A stretch of DNA of 64,000 nucleotides from Selaginella moellendorffii (taxonomy: Eukaryota > Plantae > Lycopodiophyta), in assembly GCF_000143415.4 (NCBI RefSeq), contig NW_003314402.1:11804-75803 (forward strand). Reading direction: 5' to 3'. Under the pieces are notes generated by a model, which ran no database searches, was not told where the DNA came from, and was given only the letters and a program-made list of their open reading frames with translations. Numbering within the stretch: position 1 is the first letter of the stretch; each line of letters opens with the position of its first letter. A program made the position numbers and the translations under genes. Shown piece by piece: positions 39,012 through 51,182 of the stretch.

Positions 39012-39138
39012 CGCTGCGCTATTCGTTCCCACAAAGTGTTAAGGGCAAAACGCAATGGCGGGCTGTTCAAAATATAGAGAAGAATCTTCGCAGTATATAC
39101 TACGTAGGGTTTAATCATTCATTATGAAAGCTTAGGGC

Positions 39139-40056
39139 ATGGCGATGAGCGTGTATAGCGATGGCGGAGGCGGCGCTTGGCTCGGGATTTCTTCCTCGTT
39201 TTACTGCGCGCGCTCGTCTGTAAGATTTCGTTTCGTCGGCATTCGTAGGAGGAAAATGCGAGGGCTTTGCGTGAAGAGTGAAATTGATTCCAGCGTCGCG
39301 CGGCCGAGCCGGATCTATGTGGGAAATCTCTCGTGGAACTGCGATAGCGAGGAGCTTGCCAAGGTGCTGCAACAAGCTGGGATTCTAGCACACGTCGAGG
39401 AAGTGGAGGTATGTCTCTTTGATTTTTCCAGAACCAATGCAGCATGAAATAGAGACTAACTTAGATTTTGTAGGTAGTGTGCGATCGGGAAACTGGAAGA
39501 AGTCGTGGATTTGGATACGTGACATTGACGTCCATCGATTTTGCTCAAGTTGCGGTCCAAAAGCTCGATGGTCACGTAAGTCACTTATTTTATTTTTTTT
39601 CTCGAGGCTTGAGAACACTCTTCTCTTCTGTTTTTGCACAGATTGTTCAAGGTAGAGCACTTAAGGCTAGTTTTTCTCAGCCTTACAAAAAGGCTGGAAA
39701 AGAGGGACCCGTGGAGGTAGCAGCAAGCCACACGAAAGTTTTCATTGGGAATTTGCCTTGGGGAGTCGACGATGGAAGCCTTGAAGAGTTTTTTCGAGCT
39801 CACGGGAAAGTGGTGGAGGCGAAGATAGTGTATGACCGAGACACTGGCAGATCTCGCGGCTTTGGGTTTGTAACCTTGTCCTCGCCAAAGGAAGCCGACG
39901 AAGCTGTTAAATCTTTGGACGGAGCGGTACGTTGGTTTTCATTCTTTTCTTAAGGTTTTTGGTAAAGTCTTTCTCTCTTTGCTCTTTTTGCAGGACTGCG
40001 ATGGAAGGCGCTTGCGTGTTAAGCTAGCAGACACTTCACCAGTGCCGCCACAGTGA
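39139..40056 (+). CDS. Chloroplast RNA-binding protein (cpRNP type, two RRMs)
   Basis: Transit-peptide-like N-terminus. IYVGNL/RGFGYV and VFIGNL/RGFGFV RNP2/RNP1 motifs. Three introns. Confidence 0.92.
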
Positions 40057-40842
40057 TGTCGCGGAGGTAAAGTTTTAAGCTAGAAAATCTTCTTAGTTTC
40101 ATTCATCCAAGATCGATAGATAGATATGGTTTCTTAGTTTCACTCACCGAGGAAAAAAGTTTAGCAGGATCGATCGTAGATGAAAACTATTTAGTTTAAC
40201 GTGGTTCGTGTTCCAGGCAGCAAAGCGAACAATCTACGACTTTAAAATCTAGAGCTCTAGCAGATTGCTCCGGAATGTTTGGAAGCTTTCACGAAGTGAA
40301 AGAAATTTATGAGACCCTGCAAGGAATTCCAGGTGAGCATCGATGCACGACATAGATCATGAATTTCTTTTTTGTTGTCTATCCCTTTAACACAGTCGTT
40401 CGTTGCTGGTAGGAAAGGAAGCTTATCCTTTTGGCAGTGCACCATAGCCGGCTCCAACAGGTTATCTCTTTCTGTCTATCCTTTTTTTTGCCTTCTCTCT
40501 CTCTTTGTAATCACACGTTCGTGCATGTTCGTCTAAGCCAGCCAAACATCAACGTCTAGAAACAACGTCATTTTCAACCACATACTTGATTTGCCCGCCG
40601 TACGGCCCATTCGTACTCCGCGAATGGGCCCCTGGCCCACTTTGATAATGGTCGCATGTGATTTACAGGCAAGCACAAGATATTTTTCCGTGGTTAAGTT
40701 ACCTAGCGGGTGAAATTCTTTTCACCGCTACCGCCACCGCCTCTGATTCGAAAATTTTCGCGGGCATTCGTCGAAAAGTTAAAACAAGGGCGGACGCCAG
40801 ATGGGAAATTAAATGCAAGGTAGCCCGGACACCAAGTTTTGT

Positions 40843-40878
40843 TCCAATGCGGCTAATCACAGGTTCCCATGTATAAAG
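40843..40878 (+). promoter_or_regulatory. CCAAT and TATA box upstream of beta-tubulin
   Basis: CCAAT at ~40843 and TATAAAG at ~40872, ahead of a pyrimidine-rich 5'UTR with a probable intron (~41021-41330). Confidence 0.45.
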
Positions 40879-41235
40879 AATCTTCCCCCTGTTTAGTAAT
40901 AAACTCTTTTCGCTAGTTGTTTTCCCTTCTTTTGTATCGGCTCCTGGGGCGGAGCTAAAGGCGCTGCGCGTTTGAGGAGCTTCTTCCCGGCTGTGAAGGC
41001 GCTGCCTCTTCTTCTCCAAGGTCAGTAGCGATTCTCTCACGATTTCTTTGCCTGGATCGTCTTTTTCCCTCGCCTGGCACTGCGCCGCTGCCAGATCTCT
41101 CTCTTTTGTGATTTTGCCCCCTTCTAGATCGCTAGTTTGGCTGCCGCCCTGTGTTCTTCGCGTTTTCGATCGATTCTGTCTCTTGCCGTGCTTGCATTCT
41201 TGTGTCATCGGTAGGAATCGCTGTGTTCTATGTAA

Positions 41236-42827
<1,592 letters not shown>

Positions 42828-43146
42828 TCCCAGCGAGACAATGCAAGTTACAACCAGTGAAGATCATCGCTCTGCTATAGTCTGAAGGTGACTATTACTA
42901 CTTCTCTACTCTACTACTGAGGTTCTTTACTCTACTCTATTTTTTTGGCTCTGAGCTTTTGCTTTCTCTTTGTACTCCCTCTATTCGCATTACGCTGGTT
43001 TTTTGTATGCTTTCAAGGATAATAATCTGGTATAAATCCGCGTCGTGGTTTCCATGCGTAGTTTCAAGCCATGTACAAAAACGTTCAAGAAAATAATAGT
43101 TTAGAGTTTCTGGGTTCGAATCTATGCCCAGACGTTATAATGTTAA

Positions 43147-43208
43147 GGCCTATTCAGAGCGTGGTGCTAATAACGCCAAGGTCGCAGGTTCGATACCTGC
43201 AGAGGTCA
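43147..43208 (+). pseudogene. tRNA-Ile(AAT) pseudogene lacking most of the D-arm/A-box
   Basis: GGCCTATT-CAGAGCGTGGTGCTAATAACGCCAAGGTCGCAGGTTCGATACCTGCAGAGGTCA is 62 nt, about 12 nt short. Confidence 0.8.
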
Positions 43209-43289
43209 AGACAAAAACGATTTTTTAATTCAAGAATGTTCTATGGTTTATAATATCAAGCTTAAAGGTTAAAACTATTTAGCGCCTAA

Positions 43290-43363
43290 GTCTGGGTGGT
43301 GTAGTTGGTCATCACGCTAGTCTCACACACTAGAGGCCCCCGGTTCGAACCCGGGCTCAGACA
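43290..43363 (+). tRNA. tRNA-Val(CAC)
   Basis: Acceptor stem GTCTGGG/CTCAGAC, anticodon arm CTAGT-CTCACAC-ACTAG, T-loop GGTTCGAAC, downstream T-runs. Confidence 0.96.
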
Positions 43364-43386
43364 AATTTCTGACTTTTCTCTTTTTG

Positions 43387-43707
43387 TTAGCCTTTGAAGA
43401 GCAAGAATGCCATTCTCTCCAAGTAAAAGTGAATGAAGGTACCGCACGAATGCGTGATGAAAGACCCGAAGCTCGTTCCCACGATGCACTGCCATCCGGG
43501 TCCATAGAGCCCGTCAAACCCCTGCCAAGAAAAACTTTGAGCGATTTCATCAGAAACACTCGCTGCTACCTTTTTGATGTGCCGCGCAATCTCCTTGCAA
43601 TCGTCCACCTCGTACAAATCAAGGGCCTCGGACGCCCACTCCATCGCCCGCGCTTGCATCTTCTCGGGCATATCGGTGCTTCCAATCACAGCCTTGCCTT
43701 CCAGCAT
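43387..43707 (-). CDS. Dynein light chain LC8-type
   Basis: DMPEKMQ..IARHIKK / GFDGLYGPGWQCIVGTSFGSFITH. One 48-nt in-frame intron. Confidence 0.92.
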   Translation of the reverse strand: MLEGKAVIGSTDMPEKMQARAMEWASEALDLYEVDDCKEIARHIKKVAASVSDEIAQSFSWQGFDGLYGPGWQCIVGTSFGSFITHSCGTFIHFYLERMAFLLFKG

Positions 43708-44089
43708 AGTTTCTCGCTACAAATCCCTCTATCCTGCCTGGCTCGACTCCCCAACGAAAAGCTATCCAAAAAGCCCCCGAAAGCTCTTGATTCTCTTCTC
43801 TGCCAGTGAACGCTACTCCCCTGTCTCGAAAAACCTTTAGTTTCCGGATTCCCGAAACACTGCTGTAGTTTTCTCCAGACTGGAGCGTTTCTACATATGG
43901 TGAGCTTTCACTCCTCCTTTCACCCCTTTCCTCTCTTCATGAATGGCCACGGTAATTTCTTTTGAGCCTTAAAGAACTTTCCTTTTTCTCCACCACTACG
44001 TGGAAAGCTCCCAGCATTTAGATAGTTGCTGAAAGATACTATTCACTTGGTGGCTCTTTTGTTGCCTTCTGCTACTGTCTCTCTGATAA

Positions 44090-44560
44090 AGAGAAGCTTT
44101 GCGTTCACTTAATTGGAGGGACCGGAATGTTGTCGCCATGCACAAGAACCATTTCATCAGCCAGGAAAGGAACTGCGCAGAAAAGAGCATCTCCTGTTCC
44201 AGCGCGTGTTTAATGTTGAGGCGGCTTAGAAACTATTCCAAGTGTTTTAGAATTCGTCACTCCAAATCTTTGCTGCTCGCCCTCGAATGCCACCAACGCG
44301 ACCGCCTTTGGACTTGAGGGCTTCATAAATCATGCGAGCTTGTTTCGCCGGTACCACCTACACAGCACCAAAACTCCGCGCGGTCTGCTTTAAGATCGTG
44401 TGTACCTTGTCACGGAACAGGATAAGAGAGCTTCAGAAACGCTCGGGATGGTTTATCGGGGAACGAGCGTATCCTTGCTCATCACCTTTGAGGGAAAGAA
44501 GCTTAGAGTGAGTGAGACGACGCCAAGGCAAACGAACCAACAAGAGCGATTCGAGGACTC
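44090..44560 (-). pseudogene. 3' fragment of S9 peptidase paralog
   Basis: EGEQ, NIKHALEQEMLF and QGTDDL-like segments homologous to the last exons of 51183-54315. Confidence 0.75.
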
Positions 44561-44681
44561 GAAACGAAGATTATCATCGGCTTTTGCTTTTGGTTTACGT
44601 AGAAAGAAAATGTATTTAGAAATATCTGACATTTTTAAATTCTGAAATAGAAAAGGTAATGTTTAAGGCTTAGGGTTTGAA

Positions 44682-46082
44682 ATGGAAAATCTCCAAGAGG
44701 ATGTGTTGACGCTTATTCTGAGTAAGCTTGAGGATCTGAGTGACCTTTGCAGCTGTGCCGGTGTGGCCAAATTCTTTCACAGGCTCCACTGGCCTGTACT
44801 GGTGCTGAGAAGAACCCACCATGACGAAGAAAGAATGGCCAGATTGGTAATTGGTGCTCTAAGCAGTAGGCACATGAATGGATTGCAAAAGCTAGTCATC
44901 AAGTCTGAGCAGGAAAACATAGGGGTAGAAAAGAAGGACTGGTTGATGCTGAAAAAATCTCAAGGCTCGCTCCGCACTCTAGAGCTCAATGGTTGCTTTA
45001 ATGTCCCCGATTTGTGGGGAGTCATACACGGGTTTCCGAAGCTTTCAATCCTAAAACTCAAGAACAACGCCTTTAGAACTCCTCGAAGCACTCTTCCCAT
45101 ATCACTCCCAGGGCTCACCACAGTTTCCATAATCAAGAGTTACTACATCAATGACATCCAAGCTTTGGTGAGGGCATGTCGTGCATCTCTCGAGACACTA
45201 CGAGTGGAGTGCGAATCCCACATCGAGACCATGGATCTGAGCATCACCGACTGCCCCAAGCTAGAAGAGTTGGTGATCGAGGGATTGCCTGAGAACAAGG
45301 TGATAGTGGAGGGTTGCAGCAAGCTCGAGGGGTTGAGCTTCACTTGGGTAAGTAGCATCCGCGTCTCAAACTCATGCTTGGCTCTCATCCAGGAGCTGGA
45401 GCTCTGGGAGATCGACAAGCTCCGCAACAATCACCTCTATAGTATCTTATCTGCTTGTCCGATGCTCCAGACTCTCCAGCTTTCTGGAGGCGAAGCTTTG
45501 AAATCTCCGGTTGTGATCAGTTGCCCCACAATAACGAGCTTGAATTACGCTCGGAAAGATAGCAGGTGTCCAGATTTCCACGATCAACTGCTGTTGGAGC
45601 CTCACGTTTTGCGGATTGAGTGTCCGAGTCTGCAGAAGTTAAAAATCAGTGGGGACTGTTGTGTTGTGGCAGATTTTGATGTGAATATACCTGAAGTTAC
45701 TATTGCGGAAAGGTGGGGGTACCAGAATGTGAAGAAAGTTTTGTGTTTGAGCAAGAGTGTTTTACACTTGGATATAAGCAAACTAAATATGAGGGCTGAA
45801 GATTACGCTCGTCAGAGCCCGGGGAAAAGTGAGATACGATTGAGTGTATTCTATCAGCTGCTGCAGGAGAGCTTGGAATTGAGAAGTATTAGAATGGATC
45901 TAGGTGATCCGCATGAAACGGCACCTATTCAAAAGTTTTTGAGCTCGTTTTTTATTGCCCATCCATGTCTAGAGAGCGTGACAACATCTACAAATTATTG
46001 GGAAGCCTTGCAAGAGATTAAAAGACCAGATTTTTATTGCGAAAAGAAATCTGAAGACCACGTTGTAATTCATCGAGCATAA
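44682..46082 (+). CDS. F-box/LRR protein (intronless)
   Basis: N-terminal LQEDVLTLILSKL..DLCSCAGVAKFF followed by CPxLxxLxL repeats. Confidence 0.88.
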   Translation: MENLQEDVLTLILSKLEDLSDLCSCAGVAKFFHRLHWPVLVLRRTHHDEERMARLVIGALSSRHMNGLQKLVIKSEQENIGVEKKDWLMLKKSQGSLRTLELNGCFNVPDLWGVIHGFPKLSILKLKNNAFRTPRSTLPISLPGLTTVSIIKSYYINDIQALVRACRASLETLRVECESHIETMDLSITDCPKLEELVIEGLPENKVIVEGCSKLEGLSFTWVSSIRVSNSCLALIQELELWEIDKLRNNHLYSILSACPMLQTLQLSGGEALKSPVVISCPTITSLNYARKDSRCPDFHDQLLLEPHVLRIECPSLQKLKISGDCCVVADFDVNIPEVTIAERWGYQNVKKVLCLSKSVLHLDISKLNMRAEDYARQSPGKSEIRLSVFYQLLQESLELRSIRMDLGDPHETAPIQKFLSSFFIAHPCLESVTTSTNYWEALQEIKRPDFYCEKKSEDHVVIHRA

Positions 46083-46129
46083 TAGTAATGTTTATTCTTA
46101 TTTTTTTTAAATTAGAAATAAAAAGAAAT

Positions 46130-46690
46130 GTGTAGAAAGAATGGCCAAGCAAAGAAGCACTGAAGAAATCTGAAGGCACTTTAGCTCAATGGTTGTTGTT
46201 ATGTTCCCAATTTATGGTGAAAGTTTTCAAGCCTAAAAATCAAGAACATTAGGAATCCTCCATTATTATTACCAGCATTTCTATAGTATTTGAACATCCA
46301 ATCTTTGGCAATGGCGTGTTGTGGAGGCAGGGTGATAGTGGAGGCCTGAGGTTCTCGAAAGCACTCAAACTCATGCTTGCCTCTCATCCAGGAGTTCCGC
46401 AAGCTAAGTAACAATCATCTCTATAGTATCTTATCTGAAAGGAAAAGATTTGAAATCTCGGGTTATATTTCGTTGCCCCACACTTGCTAGCTTGAATTAC
46501 GGACTTTGAAGTTCACGGCGATTTAGTGCTGAAGAAGCCGCTTCACGTTTTGCAGATTGATGCCGGAGCCGGGATTGCTATGTTGTGGTAAACTTCGATG
46601 TGGATATAGCTGAAGCTACCATTGAGGAAAAGTTGCGGACGAGCATGTGAAATTGTGCAAGAGCGTTTTGCCGATATAAGAGATTATGGT
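46130..46690 (+). pseudogene. Degenerate duplicate of the F-box/LRR gene
   Basis: Shares blocks such as CTCAAACTCATGCTTG.CTCTCATCCAGGAG and CTCTATAGTATCTTATCTG with 45365-45451. Heavily deleted. Confidence 0.8.
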
Positions 46691-47139
46691 GCTGGAAGGG
46701 CACGTTGATCTCCTTCACATTCTTTTTAAACTACTAAACGCTGTATTATTATTTAGGATTTTAGTTAAGTTTTACTAAAGGCACCTTGTACAAATCAAGC
46801 ACTCCCATCTTTTTTGGTATGTCGGTGCTAATCACAACCCCTTCTAGCATATCTTTTCTTCCTTTCACTTAAACATTGAGATCTTGAGAGTTAAAGTTAC
46901 TTACTGCACACTGTTATACATGTTTTGAGGCCGAGAAAGAAAAGCCTCCAAACTGCTTCCATCATTAAGAACTGATTGAGCCACTGCTGCTTACTGAGTA
47001 GTTTCTCCGGCACTTGAGAGCGTTTAACTCTAGCACTTCCTATCCCTTTCATTTATCTCTCTTCTTGATTACTTTCGAGCACTTCACTTTTTTCTTCCAC
47101 CAGCATTGACGTAGATAGTTTGCTGATAGATACTACTCA

Positions 47140-50100
47140 CTTGACTTGCCTTGAGCTTCTTCTCAAAAAGAAAAACTTTGCACTTTTCTTAAATGGAGGG
47201 ACCGGACGAGGGACCGGAATGTTGACATACGCAGGGACTATTTTATCAGCCGGGAAATACCCGCCAACCGTGCACGCAAAGAACATCTCATGCTCCAGAG
47301 AATGCTTAATGGTCTCGGCCTGAAACACGAGAGCTTAGAATATTATTCGAGTTTTATAGCACTTGTGACTCCAAACCTTTCGGAACCCGTGCTGCTCGCC
47401 TTCGTATTCCACCAACGCGACTGTTACGCCTTTCGACTTATGTGCTTCATAAATCATGGGAGATTGTTTCGCCGGTACCACCTACACAGCGTTAAGACCT
47501 GTAAAGTCTACGTCTGATCGTGCTCACCACCTTTGAGGGAAAAAAGCACGAGATTTTAGAGTCTTTAGATATGAGTGAGGGGAAGCCGAGACAAACGAAC
47601 CAACAAGCTTGCCTATGTAGTGCTTCTCGTATTTGTGGGACACGCGAGGCCTTTCAAATCATTTATGGCACCATTCCAGCAGCAGCAAGGGCGGACGCTA
47701 GAATGAGCGCGATCGCGACCAGGTAAGCTCCAAGAGAACGAGCTAGCCTTTCTTTTCTTGCCTGTTCTTAGGCGAGCTAGCCGACGATGACGACGCAATG
47801 ATCCTCACAGATCCTAAAATGCGAAGGTCGGAGATACCGTGGCAAGTTTAAAGCCGGGGCTTCTTTGGCGCACGTGAATTTTGTTTTTTCAAGTTCTCTA
47901 ACGATGGGAAGGCCAGTGCGGCTTGAGAAGTGTAACCTCCTGCAGAACCCCCGTCTATACACGTTCGATGTCCATCTGCTTCACCAAAAGTTGCCTGAAA
48001 CAACCCATAAGCTGCGAGATCGAAAAGGAAATTAGAAACAAGCCACTGCTCACCAGGCTGGATGCACAGCGGACCCAATCAGCTACATCCACAATTCCAT
48101 TAGCCTTTCCCTGTATCTCCTCCCGTAACCTTCCAATGCACAAAAGCATGCTGCTTTTGTGCATGAAGAAAAATATGAAGAAAAATAATAGTGCGAAGGA
48201 ACATATCAAACGTGTACTTCCGCCATAGTTTACGTCGGAAAAAGCCCAGCCTCCAAAACTGGATATTCAACTGCAAGGTCGTGTCCGACTCTACCGTAGG
48301 CCCGCCTGTGGAAACAACACAAACGTTGCTGAGAATTCCCTGGAAATGCGGGATGTTTCGGACCGTGAGCACGCACTAGAAGTGGAGGTTTCTCTTCCGG
48401 CAGTCAGCATTGAATGGCGGATAGAAGTTGGCCTCCTGAGTACTTCAGTAAGAAACTCGACGATCCGTGAATGTAATCTCGGTATTTATCTAGATCAGTG
48501 CTTCTGACGACCAGCTGATTGAACCAGAACCTGTATCAAGTTAGACATCAGTTTGCAATCTCATCACACTGAAAGAAGAAGAAGAAGAAGGAAACACTTG
48601 TACCTTGACAATGGACATTGGATGCCTTGGAGACCCAGCACTCATGAACAAGGTGTCACCAATCACTAGCAACAAAATAGCCAGCTCTAACAGATTAAAA
48701 GAAAGGAATGGTTCTTCGTATTAGCACACCAGATCATAGATGGAAGTGAACGGGGTTTCCACTGGATGGACGGCCGTGGAAGGAAAATTGTCCTCCATCG
48801 CCAACCTTGAATATCCTCGTTGCCTGCAACGCGAAGTTACTATTAATTTCAACAATGTATCGAAACGGCACCTGTATGTGTTCCACGAGAAGATTCATAG
48901 AATTCATAGGAACTGTTGCCAAAATTCCATGCCGGTCTTGTAAATTCCGCGTCTAGAGAGTACAATGGCTCGCTTTTGTTCTTGCGTTCACACTGACAAA
49001 AGAGAAGCAAAACATTGACAAATACTGAGATATTTACGCTTCACAGTCATAAAGCAATGTGTTTACCCAAGGATATACGTTCCAAAATCCATTCTCTCTG
49101 TCACATACAAAGAAAAGCTCCCCTGAAAACCAAGGCTTCTCTTCCACACTTACAATGTTACGAATGAATGAATACCTTGGGATGACCATTTAGGCTCTCA
49201 CACCGCCTTCTCCAGCAATATATGCCTTGTCGCTGCAACAAATAGTCGACAATCACTTTAAGAAAAAAAAAGAACGAAGGCTTACCCGTGTTTGACCAAC
49301 GTAGAGAGAAGTAGCATCCCAAGGCATGATTGGATGAGACCACTCAATCCACCCTATATTAGAACCATCGGGACTCAGTCTAGGAAAAGTATAAAAGTAA
49401 TTCCCGGTGATAAGAACTTCCGGCTCTGTATCTTCGAAAAACCGAGACTACACGACGAACTTACCAGCCGGATCGCTACTCTTAAGATCCACGCTGACTA
49501 TTTCATGCACCGGTTCCTTTCAATGCCTATGATCTACAAACATGGAAGATCAGAGTTATCTGTTCATCACAAGCAAAGGAAAGAAAAGAACTTATCACAA
49601 CTTGATAAATCGACCTCGATCCATCAGCATAGCAGACGAGAGGACCTCCATAGTCTGGAGTGATAGGAACCGGCAAACGTTTCGTGGATCACAGCTCTAG
49701 CATCAATGCATGGGAAGATCACACAGGAAAAAAGAAATCTGGTCGGAAAGATTGGCACTGCAAACGCTAGATGTCCAAACTCATTGGCGATGGTCTGGAC
49801 ATCAAATCTAGGAGGAGTGATTTCTTCCACTCCACCACTTTCATTCTTTTTCACAAGACAGAAAGAAAGAGAAGCAAAGAACTCAAACGAGAAAATGCGC
49901 TCGCAAGAAGATATCTGAAACACTTACCCTCCTTCCACTGGCCTCCGTTCGTGAGGAGATTCTCAAGGTGGCAGTCGAGATAGCAATGGCAGTCGAAGAG
50001 CATGCCTTCTGAAGGTGGCAGTCGAAGAACATGCTTTCTTTTCCAACATTGCGCACTGAGATCTTCTCTTCTCGAGTGCAGCGATGGCGGAGGGCAAGAA

Positions 50101-50200
50101 GAAGGACAAGGCGCAAGCTCCATTCGCACCTGAAAATCCCCTCTCACCGCTGAGCACGCCGCGAGGGCTGCGCCTTTGCGGATTCGGGATCGAGAGATCT
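47140..50200 (-). pseudogene. S9 peptidase pseudogene (near full-length paralog)
   Basis: [25 protein letters not shown] and ETIKHSLEHEMFF are colinear with the intact gene. Frameshifts and deletions; 5' part of exon 1 inverted. Confidence 0.88.
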
Positions 50201-50725
50201 TCTGTAAGTGAGCATAATCTAAATATCAAATATACCCGATTTGGGCATATGCATGACAAAAAGAGGATCTGGAATCAGATAAAAAAAAATATTTGCTTTA
50301 CATGATCGTGTTGTGAGTACACTCCAAGCTTTGTCTTCCATGCAACAGGATCTCGATCAAGATAAGCTCGTTCCGGGCATATGCTGTCATCATAACTGAC
50401 CACTAGAAAACATATTCTTGGCGTGGATGAAAACGTTTTTCTGCAGCCCTTTCGGTCTGAAACCCTCTCCCAAGTCCTTGGATTTTATTGCAAGTGGTTG
50501 GTGAGCATTCCCCATTTTGTTGATTTGAGCAAAGATCTAAACCTTTTTCCTCTAATCTTGCTACAAAACATTGATTTTAAATACTTTGTATAGATAAAAA
50601 ATGACAGTATAATTGCATGGTGGTAGATCACACTTGGCACAGTCTGCAATGCATGCTGAACCATATAAATATGAATCAAACCTAGGCTCAAAGCAAGCAT
50701 ACAATTTGAAAGTTCTCATCTCACC

Positions 50726-51112
50726 ATGAAGGCTGCTCTAGTGTTTCTTGTGCTTGTATTCAAGGTTACTTTGTCTTCTTCAAGGAGGGAGCTCTTGTCC
50801 GTCCGTGGAGTTCATGAACAGCAGGATCCACTAGCTTCTGATTCTCTTTTGCCTTCTTTTGGAGAAGATGGTGATGATCTTCAGCAAGGCAAGCACATGA
50901 AGCAGAACGACAATGGCAACAACATCAACATCAATATCAACTTCAAGTGTAATGGTGATGATCATGTAGATTCAAAGAATGAGAACAAGGAGAAGGATGG
51001 CAAGAGCAAGGAGGAACACAAGGAAGACAAGGATGACAAGAGGGAGGAGAAGAAAGGAAAGGACATGGATGACAAGAGCAAGGAGAAGGACGAAACGAGA
51101 GTGTTTCCCTAG
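50726..51112 (+). CDS. Small secreted protein with K/D/E-rich tail
   Basis: Signal-peptide-like MKAALVFLVLVFKVTLS followed by RRELL. TATA-like ATATAAA at ~50663. Confidence 0.55.
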   Translation: MKAALVFLVLVFKVTLSSSRRELLSVRGVHEQQDPLASDSLLPSFGEDGDDLQQGKHMKQNDNGNNINININFKCNGDDHVDSKNENKEKDGKSKEEHKEDKDDKREEKKGKDMDDKSKEKDETRVFP

Positions 51113-51182
51113 AAAATGTAATCCAAAGGAGAAGGAATAAAAGCTCCAGACTCTAAGCACGAGTCGCTTTTGCATCCTTCAC

